A DNA stretch of 64,000 bases. It comes from an uncultured Candidatus Saccharibacteria bacterium (lineage in GTDB: Bacteria; Patescibacteriota; Saccharimonadia; Saccharimonadales; EFPC-124). The notes beneath the pieces were generated by a model that was given only the letters and a program-made list of their open reading frames with translations, was not told the origin of the DNA and ran no database searches. The translations under genes and the position numbers were made by a program. Below, piece by piece: positions 1 through 8,067 of this stretch (its first letter is position 1; the number at the start of each line of letters is the position of its first letter). The DNA is taken from contig CAYURH010000002.1 in NCBI GenBank assembly GCA_964447105.1, forward strand, positions 845 through 64,844, in the 5' to 3' direction.

Positions 1-107
1 GACAGCCAAACGTGAAGCAACCAGGCTGTCTACCGCCAAAAGCTCTGATCAAAAGGGCTAACTGTTGGTGTCGTACGCTAAATGTAGCGTAGGTGTGGAA
101 AACTTTA

Positions 108-136
108 TTGACCAGTCTGGGCGTTGATGCTATGCT
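108..136 (+). promoter_or_regulatory. candidate sigma70-type promoter for the 191..700 gene
   Basis: ttgacc (108-113), 17-nt spacer, tatgct (131-136); an aaggaag SD precedes the ATG at 191. Confidence 0.3.
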
Positions 137-190
137 GACGCTCAGTGATAAGGGAGAGCGTCTCCCAAAAAACACATAAGGAAGCTGTGA

Positions 191-700
191 ATGTCTGAGT
201 TACCCGAAAAACAAATAAAACGCCTCAAATCGCTCATCCAAGATGCGGAGATGAATTTGGCGGCAGCAAAAGAGCTGCTTATTAGTTTGGTAGGCGACGA
301 CGAAATGGCAACTGGCCCGCGTCAAGAAGACGTAGCCGGTAAAGTAGTCGAAGGTGTGTTTGACGGCCAGAACATGATCGGCCCCGATGGCAAAACCTAT
401 CCCGTGCCTGCCAACTATGCCAGCAAATCCAAATTGGTAGAAGGCGACATACTCAAACTAACTATCGCCGACGATGGCGGATTTATTTACAAACAGATTG
501 GACCAGTAGCGCGCCGGCAGATTATTGGCACGCTGGTGCAGCATGAAGGCGCATTTTTTGTAGAAGCTGGCGGACGCGAATACCGCGTGTTGCTCGCTAG
601 CGTGACGTATTTCAAAGCCAACTTGGGTGACCAAATCAGCATTATCGTACCCGAAGACAATCGCGAAGCCGAATGGGCAGCGATCGAAGCAGCTTTGTAG
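191..700 (+). CDS. hypothetical protein, 169 aa, N-terminal helical segment, family not recognised
   Basis: clean ORF with an SD-like aaggaag just upstream; the overlapping minus-strand ORFs lack an SD and look non-protein-like. Confidence 0.7.
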   Translation: MSELPEKQIKRLKSLIQDAEMNLAAAKELLISLVGDDEMATGPRQEDVAGKVVEGVFDGQNMIGPDGKTYPVPANYASKSKLVEGDILKLTIADDGGFIYKQIGPVARRQIIGTLVQHEGAFFVEAGGREYRVLLASVTYFKANLGDQISIIVPEDNREAEWAAIEAAL

Positions 701-739
701 ATCAACATTATTTGCATAAAATATCTTGCCAGAAATAGC

Positions 740-1198
740 ACTTTCTGGTATGATTCGAATTACAGAAGCCTCGCATGCAAGGGGAAGAGCGAACGAGATT
801 CGCAAGAATCAAAGTCGCTTTGTGCGTTTGGCTTCAGGAGTAGAAGTAGTCGTACGACCGCAAGTCGCACCGCCGTAAACCTTCCTCCATCCGGTGGGGC
901 CTTCGGGCCCCACCACCTACACCTTTTTGCCTACTAAGCCCTCGGATCTCCGAGGTTGTTTTATTTTCACACTGTTGCACAAAAGGTCGTTATCTGATAC
1001 CGTCAAAATTACAGGGGCATGTGGACCGCGAAAGCAGCCCCACATAGGGTTTCGCGCACCCTCGGGCTCGCTTGGTCACGCGCACCCCGTAGAAACAGCG
1101 ATCTGATAGACGGGACTTCCGTAGATCGCTAATTCCTTAACGGACGTTTCCCCCGTCCGCCCATGGTGAGGGCTCCGGCCCTCACCATTCTACTTTTT
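740..1198 (+). ncRNA. untranslated hairpin-dense region; candidate structured small RNA(s), identity unresolved (SRP RNA would be expected here from ffs-dnaX-ybaB-recR synteny)
   Basis: no credible ORF; three plus-strand stem-loops each followed by a T-run (893-928, 940-967, 1163-1198); catgtggaccgcgaaagcagcc (about 1018-1039) loosely resembles the SRP domain IV core but I could not fold a proper GNRA helix. Confidence 0.3.
1163..1198 (+). terminator. rho-independent terminator
   Basis: 11-bp stem atggtgagggc/gccctcaccat, loop tccg, then tctacttttt. Confidence 0.6.
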
Positions 1199-1306
1199 AG
1201 AGCCAAAATTTGGTTCTTTATATGCCCATTGGCCCACCCAAATAATAGTTTTCATGTACGGTCAATGTGGCGCTGGTGAGACGAGCAGCATATACTAGAC
1301 TTACGC

Positions 1307-2788
1307 ATGGGACAGGCATTATATCGCAAGTATCGCTCGCGCGCTTTTGGGGAGGTGATCGGGCAAGAACACATTACAGACACGCTACAGCGAGCGCTGA
1401 AGGCGGGGCGGATTAATCATGCCTATTTGTTGACTGGCCCGCACGGCGTAGGCAAAACAAGTATTGCGCGCATTTTGGCATTCATGATCAATGAATTGCC
1501 ATATAGCGACACACCACACCTCGATATTATCGAAATCGATGCCGCTAGCAATCGCCGCATCGACGATATCCGCGATTTGCGCGAAAAAGTACACATTGCC
1601 CCGGTCAGCGCCAAATACAAAGTGTATATCATCGACGAAGTACATATGCTCACTGGTGAAAGTTTTAATGCGCTGCTTAAAACGCTAGAAGAGCCACCTA
1701 GTCATGTGGTATTTATTTTGGCTACCACCGAAGTGCACAAACTACCAGCCACTATCATCAGTCGCACGCAACGCTTTACATTCAAACCAGCCGAGCGCAC
1801 TAAAATCGCAGCGCACTTACGCGATATTGCCAGCAAAGAAGACATTAAAATCACCAACGAAGCATTGGATTTAATTGCCGAACACAGCGAAGGTAGTTTT
1901 CGCGACAGTGTCAGTTTGCTCGACCAATTAGTGCACACATCGGCTGGCGAAATTACTGCCCAGGACGTATCACACACACTCGGTTTAGCGCCGCAAGCCG
2001 CCATCGACGCTTTAGCAAGCGCGCTCAGCAACAAGAGTACGCAAGATGCACTGACAGCCGTGCGCCACGCTCAAGAAACCATGACCAACACAGCCACTGT
2101 AGTGTCGCAATTGGCGCGACGCCTCAACGACATCGCACCCAAGCAGCACGAGCTCTACACACTCATCAACCAACTGGTAGATGTACCACGAGCCTATATG
2201 CCTGATCTCAAATTTATGTCCACTATCATGACATATGTTGGCGACGACACTTCAGCCAAATCAGCCGAGCACAAAGACAAAGAATCAAAACACGTACAAC
2301 CCCTGGCCGCCGCGCCAACATTCACCGCCAGCACACCCATAGCCGAAGTCAAAGCCGTACAGAAACAAAAAGCCATCGAAAAAACACAGGCCGACACCCC
2401 ACCACCAAAGCCCGCCACGCCTGATCCGGTAGCCGAAATCCCTTTGACCGGCTTCGATCTCACCCAATGGGCCGCCGTGCTCAGCGCTGTCAAAAAAGCC
2501 AGCCCGCCGCTCTACAGTGTAGCCAAACAAGCCATGCCTGTTTTCGACGAGCCCAATAATACATTGGTGCTGAAATTTAAATACCAACTACATGGCAAAA
2601 AATTAGATGATGTCAAACAAAAGGCCCACCTGAGCACCATTCTGCAAGGCGTACTCGGCGCCACGCCAGTGATCAAAATCGACATCGACAAAACCGCTCA
2701 AGCCCCCAATGTGGCCGTGGATGCAGCTGTTTCTTCAGTTGCTGCTATCATGGGTGGAGGAGAAGTAGTGGATGCCGAAGCAATCTGA
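1307..2788 (+). CDS. dnaX: DNA polymerase III subunit gamma/tau
   Basis: AAA+ clamp-loader motifs: Walker A GPHGVGKTS, DEVH box (IIDEVHML), SRTQRF sensor; low-complexity Pro/Ala-rich C-terminal linker. Confidence 0.95.
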   Translation: MGQALYRKYRSRAFGEVIGQEHITDTLQRALKAGRINHAYLLTGPHGVGKTSIARILAFMINELPYSDTPHLDIIEIDAASNRRIDDIRDLREKVHIAPVSAKYKVYIIDEVHMLTGESFNALLKTLEEPPSHVVFILATTEVHKLPATIISRTQRFTFKPAERTKIAAHLRDIASKEDIKITNEALDLIAEHSEGSFRDSVSLLDQLVHTSAGEITAQDVSHTLGLAPQAAIDALASALSNKSTQDALTAVRHAQETMTNTATVVSQLARRLNDIAPKQHELYTLINQLVDVPRAYMPDLKFMSTIMTYVGDDTSAKSAEHKDKESKHVQPLAAAPTFTASTPIAEVKAVQKQKAIEKTQADTPPPKPATPDPVAEIPLTGFDLTQWAAVLSAVKKASPPLYSVAKQAMPVFDEPNNTLVLKFKYQLHGKKLDDVKQKAHLSTILQGVLGATPVIKIDIDKTAQAPNVAVDAAVSSVAAIMGGGEVVDAEAI

Positions 2789-4166
2789 CAAACCAACTGC
2801 CGACAAAAAGCCGCGCGACCCCAAACTACCCGAAGGTAAAATCCCACCCCAAAACCTCGATGCCGAGGTGAGTATATTGGGTGCAGTACTGATTGATGAT
2901 GATGTGCTCACACGGGTGAGCGACAAACTAGCTGATGATGATTTCTACGACCATCGCCACGAATTGATCTTTGGCGCTATGCTGCGCCTTTATGAACGCC
3001 ATAAACCTGTCGATTTACTGACGCTTACCGACGAACTGAAGAAAAAAGACGAACTGGCCGATGCCGGTGGAGCCGAGTATATCACCGAGCTCAGCAACCA
3101 AGTGCCCACCGCCGCCCACGCCGAGCATTACGCCGATATCATTGCCCAAAACGCCATGCGCCGCCGGCTGATTGCCGCGTCGGCTCGCATAGCCGAACTG
3201 GGATTCGATGAAGCCAAAAACGTAGACGAACTACTTGAAAACGCCGAAGCGCATCTATTCACCGTCTCCGACAAAAGCTTGCGCCAAGACTTGACCAGCC
3301 TGGAGCAGATCCTAACCGAAAGCTTCGACCGCATGGAAGAGCTGCATCGCGACAAATCCAAAATCCGCGGCGTCAAAACCGGTTATCGCGATATGGATAA
3401 TTTGCTGGCAGGCTTCCAGCGCTCCGACCTCATTGTCTTGGCCGCCCGTCCAGCCATGGGTAAGTCCACATTTGCACTGAACATTGCACACAACATTGCT
3501 GTGCAAGAAAAACAGGCCGTGCTGGTATTTAGCCTCGAGATGAGCAAAGAGCAGCTGGTCGACCGTATGCTGGCCGACGAAGCAGGCGTAGACGCCTGGA
3601 ATATTCGTACCGGCAACCTGAGTGATGATGATTTCGAACGCTTATCCAACGCCATGGGCGTACTCGCTGAAGCGCCGATATTTATCGATGACACCCCCGG
3701 CGTGAGCGTGCTCGAAATGCGCACCAAAGCCCGCCGCGCCGCCCACGAACACCCGCTGGGCATGATTGTGGTGGACTATTTGCAGCTTATGAGCGGCAGC
3801 GGCAAAGGCTACGGCGACAACCGCGTGCAAGAAATTTCTGAGATCTCACGTGGCCTCAAACTTGTGGCTCGCGAACTCAACGTACCAGTGCTCGCTCTGT
3901 CGCAGCTCAGTCGTTCGGTCGAAAACCGTAATCCGCCACATCCGCAACTGAGTGACTTACGCGAATCTGGTTCCATTGAGCAAGATGCCGACATTGTGAT
4001 GTTCCTGTACCGCGAAGATTACTACAACCCCGAAACCGATCGCACTCACGTCACGGACGTCATGGTCAAAAAACATCGTAACGGCCCCACGGGCAATGTG
4101 GAATTATATTTCCACCCGGAACGGCTCAAATTCTTGTCGCTCGACAAAAAACGAAACGAAGCATAA
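2772..4166 (+). CDS. dnaB: replicative DNA helicase DnaB
   Basis: Walker A ARPAMGKSTF, VVDYLQLM, LSQLSRSVE, ESGSIEQDAD; overlaps the dnaX stop by 17 nt. Confidence 0.95.
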   Translation: MPKQSDKPTADKKPRDPKLPEGKIPPQNLDAEVSILGAVLIDDDVLTRVSDKLADDDFYDHRHELIFGAMLRLYERHKPVDLLTLTDELKKKDELADAGGAEYITELSNQVPTAAHAEHYADIIAQNAMRRRLIAASARIAELGFDEAKNVDELLENAEAHLFTVSDKSLRQDLTSLEQILTESFDRMEELHRDKSKIRGVKTGYRDMDNLLAGFQRSDLIVLAARPAMGKSTFALNIAHNIAVQEKQAVLVFSLEMSKEQLVDRMLADEAGVDAWNIRTGNLSDDDFERLSNAMGVLAEAPIFIDDTPGVSVLEMRTKARRAAHEHPLGMIVVDYLQLMSGSGKGYGDNRVQEISEISRGLKLVARELNVPVLALSQLSRSVENRNPPHPQLSDLRESGSIEQDADIVMFLYREDYYNPETDRTHVTDVMVKKHRNGPTGNVELYFHPERLKFLSLDKKRNEA

Positions 4167-4195
4167 GCCCACATGCGGTATACTACATATAACAT

Positions 4196-5665
4196 ATGAT
4201 GATCCGGCCAATTTCAGAGTGGACACTGTACAAATGGCGATTTGGGCTGGCGTATACGCTAGTAGTATTGCTTGGTGTTGGTTTGCTCACCCTGGTGTGG
4301 GATACGGTGCCGCCCGGTATGAGCGCCAGTGAAACGCAGAGCATCATTACGTCGCACGCACTGTCACTGCAGGAATTACCAACAAATATCATCGACCTGC
4401 CGTATCATCTGCTCCAAAAAGCAAGTGTATGGTGGTTTGGTGTATCGCCCATGGGTGTGCGGCTGCCGTCGCTCATATTTGGTGTGTTGGCGGCTATCTG
4501 CCTCGCCTTGCTACTGCGCCGCTGGTTCCGACACAACATGGCGGTGCTAACGGCAGTGTTGGCTATCAATACAGCGTGGTTTTTGAGCGTGGCGCGTCTC
4601 GGCACGCCCGCGGTCATGATTGTATTTTGGACGAGTTTGATTCTGCTCGCCGCCACCTACATTTCCCAGCAGACACCGCACTGGAAATGGTGGAAAGTAG
4701 CCTTTGCATTCGCCGTAGCGCTTTCGCTCTACACGCCTTTTATGGTGTATTTGTTTGCGGCAGCTATCATTGCCTCCACGCTGCAACCACATTTGCGTTA
4801 TCTCATCAACGAAGGCAGCAAATACCATATCACTCTTGGAACATTTCTGTTTTTGCTCGTGCTTGCGCCGCTGGCGTGGGGGATATACAAAGAGCCATCG
4901 CAGATTGCTGCGCTGTTAGCCGTGCCGTTGCAATTACCAGGGCCGCTTGATTTTGGTAAAAACTTGTTGCAAGCTGCAAGCAACCTCGCGAATCCGTACG
5001 CGCCGCATATTGGCGAAAACGTATTGCCACTCCTCAGCCTGCCCATGGTGGCGTTGCTACTGGCCGGCGCCGTGCGACTGCTGCGCCATTCGTACGCGGT
5101 GCGTTCATATGTATTGCTTATCTGGGCCGCGTTGCTGGTGCCGATTGTAGGGTTTAATCCCACACAGCTCACTGTGCTACTGGTGCCGGCGGTGCTAGTG
5201 ATGGCGATAGGTTTGGATTTGCTGATTCGCTATTGGTACCGGTTATTCCCGCGCAACCCGTATGCACGATTTTTTGGCATCTTGCCGCTGAGCGCACTGG
5301 TTGTCGCTGTGGTGAGCCTCAACTACAATCACTATTTCTACGGCATGCTCTACAGCCCTGACGCCACACAAGCATTTAATCGTGATCCATTTTTGGCGCA
5401 AAGCCAAGTTGCAAACACCAAAGGTTCTGCTGACCTCAACCTAGTCGTGGCCCCCAAAGACGCGCCGATCTATCAAATTGTGACCGAAAAGCGCCCCCAC
5501 ACCAAAATCGTTGATCCTACCATGGCCGACACCACCACCGGCGACTGGCTGATTGCCGAAGATCAACTGTCGAGCGTGGGTGCCAAACCCACTGATCAAG
5601 CCGATAAACTATTGGTGACCGATACCGCCCAAAACGCCCTGCGCTTCCGCCTGTACGACCGCTGA
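4196..5665 (+). CDS. polytopic membrane protein, probable GT-C (ArnT/PMT-like) glycosyltransferase
   Basis: more than 10 predicted TM helices over about 380 aa followed by a soluble C-terminal domain; the architecture and loop pattern resemble GT39/GT83 enzymes. Confidence 0.6.
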   Translation: MMIRPISEWTLYKWRFGLAYTLVVLLGVGLLTLVWDTVPPGMSASETQSIITSHALSLQELPTNIIDLPYHLLQKASVWWFGVSPMGVRLPSLIFGVLAAICLALLLRRWFRHNMAVLTAVLAINTAWFLSVARLGTPAVMIVFWTSLILLAATYISQQTPHWKWWKVAFAFAVALSLYTPFMVYLFAAAIIASTLQPHLRYLINEGSKYHITLGTFLFLLVLAPLAWGIYKEPSQIAALLAVPLQLPGPLDFGKNLLQAASNLANPYAPHIGENVLPLLSLPMVALLLAGAVRLLRHSYAVRSYVLLIWAALLVPIVGFNPTQLTVLLVPAVLVMAIGLDLLIRYWYRLFPRNPYARFFGILPLSALVVAVVSLNYNHYFYGMLYSPDATQAFNRDPFLAQSQVANTKGSADLNLVVAPKDAPIYQIVTEKRPHTKIVDPTMADTTTGDWLIAEDQLSSVGAKPTDQADKLLVTDTAQNALRFRLYDR

Positions 5666-5702
5666 TCGGTAAGATATAATTGAGAAACAAGGAGATTTAC
5701 CC

Positions 5703-5990
5703 ATGCTTAATCAAGCCAAAATGCTGATGAAAATCAAGAAAGCCCAGAAAGAACTCGCCAACGAGATTATCGAAATCGAAGCCGGCGACGGTGCTGTGCT
5801 AGTGCGCATCACTGGTGAACAAAAAATCAAAAAGATCCAGATCGACCCCGAACGCGTAGACCTAGACGATATCGCCGAGCTAGAACGCTGGATCGAGAGC
5901 GCCATCAAAGAAGCTATTTCTCGCTCGCAACAAGTCGCGGCCGAAAAAATGAAGCCGCTCATGGGCAGCTTGGGTAGCCTCGGGCTCTAG
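5703..5990 (+). CDS. ybaB: YbaB/EbfC family nucleoid-associated protein
   Basis: 95 aa with typical family sequence (KAQKELANE...IEAGDGAV...I..ID) and a position directly before recR. Confidence 0.85.
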   Translation: MLNQAKMLMKIKKAQKELANEIIEIEAGDGAVLVRITGEQKIKKIQIDPERVDLDDIAELERWIESAIKEAISRSQQVAAEKMKPLMGSLGSLGL

Positions 5991-5995
5991 GTGCT

Positions 5996-6607
5996 ATGGC
6001 GAGCATTTTGCCCCATGCCTTGCTGCATTTGATTGACGAGCTGGGGAATTTGCCGGGTGTTGGTCCGCGCACGGCCGAACGCTATGCGTATGATTTGCTG
6101 CGGCGCGATCCGTCGGTGGGCAACAAATTAGCTACCGCCATCGCGCACCTGCACGCCAATGTAGCCTATTGCCCCAAAACATTTGCCCTCATCGAAAAAG
6201 GGCAGGAATTATCACCACTCTACACCGACCCTGATCGCGACAAAACCGTCGTCGCAGTTGTCGAGGAGCCGCTCGATGTGGTGGCTCTGGAGCGCACCGC
6301 GCTGTTCAAAGGTACATATCATGTACTCGGCGGTGTGATCTCGCCCATAGATGACATTGGACCCGAGCAATTGCACATCCCCGAACTACTGCAGCGCATT
6401 CAAGACGACGGGGTGAAAGAAATCATTTTGGCGACCAACGCCAGCGTGGAAGGGGAGTCAACGGCGCTCTACCTGCAGCGTCAGATTGGCGACCAACCCA
6501 ACGTAAAGATTACCCGCTTGGCGCGCGGTTTGCCCGTAGGCGTGGATCTAGAATATGCCGATCAGATCACGCTGAGTCACGCGCTTGAGGGTCGGCAAAA
6601 TATCTAG
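5996..6607 (+). CDS. recR: recombination protein RecR
   Basis: HhH LPGVGPRTAERYA and Toprim ILATNASVEGESTALY; the zinc-finger segment is degenerate (see findings). Confidence 0.9.
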   Translation: MASILPHALLHLIDELGNLPGVGPRTAERYAYDLLRRDPSVGNKLATAIAHLHANVAYCPKTFALIEKGQELSPLYTDPDRDKTVVAVVEEPLDVVALERTALFKGTYHVLGGVISPIDDIGPEQLHIPELLQRIQDDGVKEIILATNASVEGESTALYLQRQIGDQPNVKITRLARGLPVGVDLEYADQITLSHALEGRQNI

Positions 6608-6628
6608 CCGCTCACCTCTCAGTAAATA

Positions 6629-6657
6629 TTGCTATTTTATTGTACTTATGCTATAAT
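6629..6657 (+). promoter_or_regulatory. candidate promoter with extended -10
   Basis: ttgcta (6629-6634), 17-nt spacer, tg-c-tataat (6649-6657). Confidence 0.45.
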
Positions 6658-6693
6658 CTCAAAGTCCAGCAAACCGAGCCCTAAGGAGCTCCG

Positions 6694-6825
6694 ATGTTTG
6701 GAAAGATGCCGTGGTTGTTCCCCGCCGTTCTAGCGATCATCGCGATCATCGCATTCACCACGCTTGTCTACAGCACGGTGCATGGTCGCTTCGATCTGGT
6801 GAACAACTCCATCAGCGGTCGCTAA
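6694..6825 (+). CDS. 43-aa single-TM micro-protein (below the ORF-track cutoff)
   Basis: aaggag SD at 6683-6688; ATG 6694; MFGKMPWLFPAVLAIIAIIAFTTLVYSTVHGRFDLVNNSISGR; own promoter upstream and a stem-loop downstream. Confidence 0.45.
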   Translation: MFGKMPWLFPAVLAIIAIIAFTTLVYSTVHGRFDLVNNSISGR

Positions 6826-6877
6826 CGCGACCAAGGATAGGGGTGTCACATCGACGTGCACCCCTATCCAAGAAATC

Positions 6878-6886
6878 TGTTACAAT
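6878..6886 (+). promoter_or_regulatory. extended -10 element (tg-t-tacaat) ending 7 nt before the ATG at 6894
   Basis: tgttacaat at 6878-6886 and no SD before 6894, which implies a leaderless or near-leaderless transcript. Confidence 0.35.
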
Positions 6887-6893
6887 ATAACAG

Positions 6894-7898
6894 ATGTTTC
6901 AAAAAGCCAATGACCTTATCCAATCTGCCCAACATATTATGATTATGCAGGGCGAAAACCCCGACGGCGATAGCCTGGGCAGTGCTATGGCGCTGGAAGC
7001 AATACTGAGCGATGCAGGCAAAAAAGTATCGCTGTACTGCGCGATCAACATTCCAGAATACTTGCGCTTTATCAACGGCTGGGACAGAGTATCCGACGAC
7101 TTGCCGAGTGGTTTTGATCTGACAATTATCGTGGATACCGCCAGCCAAGCGCTGCTCGAAAAAGCGTTGAACCCAGCAAACCTGGCCCAAGTAAAATCTC
7201 ACCCCGTGATCGTACTCGATCACCACGCTACAGCCGCCAATCTCCCTATGGAGCATGTGATTGTAAGCGACCCCGAATCTGTGGCGACAGGCGAGCTGAT
7301 TTATCGTATGGCCGCCGCACTTCAATGGCCTTTGCCGCTCGACGCCTGCGAAAATCTGACGATCTCGATCCTGGCCGATTCGCTTGGCTTAGTCACCGAA
7401 GGCACCACCGCCCGCACTATTCACACCATAGGCGAATTGGTGGAGCGCGGCGTCAAATTGAGCGATATCGACGCGCGTCGGCGTACATTTATGAAAAAAT
7501 CGCCACGGATTTTGGCATACAAAGGTGCATTGCTGCAACGAATTGAATATTTTCTGGATGGCCAACTGGCACTGGTTCATATCCCATGGGAAGAAATTCA
7601 TGAATATAGTCACGAATTCAACCCTTCGATTTTGGTCCTGGACGAAATGCGCCTGGTAACCGGCGTACGATTGGCGATTGCCATCAAAACATACCCCGAC
7701 GGACGCCTGACGGGCAAGATTCGTTGTAACCCCGAAGCCAAGATCGGTGACAAGGTGGCTGGACACTTCGGCGGCGGCGGACACCCGTATTCAGCAGGAT
7801 TTAAAATCTTTGACAAAGACTACGAAGCGGTGAAGGCAGAGCTGGTGGGAGCAGTGGATGGTGCGCTGCAGCAGTACGATTCATCTGGTAAAAGCTAG
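6894..7898 (+). CDS. DHH/DHHA1 family phosphoesterase (NrnA-like oligoribonuclease / pAp phosphatase)
   Basis: DGDSLGS, DHH motif (VLDHHAT) and DHHA1 motif GGGGHPYSAG. Confidence 0.85.
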   Translation: MFQKANDLIQSAQHIMIMQGENPDGDSLGSAMALEAILSDAGKKVSLYCAINIPEYLRFINGWDRVSDDLPSGFDLTIIVDTASQALLEKALNPANLAQVKSHPVIVLDHHATAANLPMEHVIVSDPESVATGELIYRMAAALQWPLPLDACENLTISILADSLGLVTEGTTARTIHTIGELVERGVKLSDIDARRRTFMKKSPRILAYKGALLQRIEYFLDGQLALVHIPWEEIHEYSHEFNPSILVLDEMRLVTGVRLAIAIKTYPDGRLTGKIRCNPEAKIGDKVAGHFGGGGHPYSAGFKIFDKDYEAVKAELVGAVDGALQQYDSSGKS

Positions 7899-7900
7899 GA

Positions 7901-8028
7901 GGCCAAGCAGTTGAGGCGCACGAGTAAGCGCTTCACGCGGGATTTGACCCGGGCGAACTCTTTAGGAAAAGAGTCGACCGGGTCAAATCGCCGGTTACGC
8001 GACACTCGATTGCCTCAACTGCTTGGCC
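7901..8028. repeat. 128-nt nested inverted repeat (rod-like hairpin)
   Basis: perfect 17-bp arms ggccaagcagttgaggc (7901-7917) / gcctcaactgcttggcc (8012-8028); inner 12-bp arms 7941-7952 / 7978-7989; apical 7-bp stem actcttt/aaagagt. Confidence 0.7.
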
Positions 8029-8067
8029 ACCCACCCCTTTCGCGCTACACTCTATACAAGGAACAAT

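Noticed and set aside
745-870. tmRNA-like 5' half (ttctggtatgattcgaa, gcatgcaagggg, agtagtcgtacgacc resume-like context)
   Set aside because: No tRNA-like 3' domain is found within about 450 nt: no T-loop, and no acceptor strand giving G1-C, G2-C, G3.U. The possible tag frames end in ...VAPP or ...LFAY, not in a typical hydrophobic-Ala-Ala tail. It is kept only as part of the unresolved-RNA finding.
894-1106. 70-aa plus-strand ORF in the non-coding region upstream of dnaX
   Set aside because: It has no SD, runs straight through two terminator-like hairpins, and its composition is not protein-like.
930-1125. RNase P RNA-like strings on the minus strand (ggaagtccc, gtgcaacag, gggcttag)
   Set aside because: The order is right but the spacing is wrong: the last two lie about 30 nt apart instead of about 230 nt. 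No P4 pairing partner exists, and the terminator-like hairpins indicate plus-strand transcription.
2363-2386. Programmed -1 frameshift site in dnaX (A-rich run gaaaaaaca)
   Set aside because: In the dnaX frame the codons are gaa-aaa-aca, which does not form an X-XXY-YYZ slippery heptamer. I saw no obvious downstream stem-loop.
7899-8067. T-box leader for cysS
   Set aside because: I found no T-box core (GGGTGGTACCGCG-like) and no recognisable specifier loop or antiterminator alternative. The space is only 170 nt.
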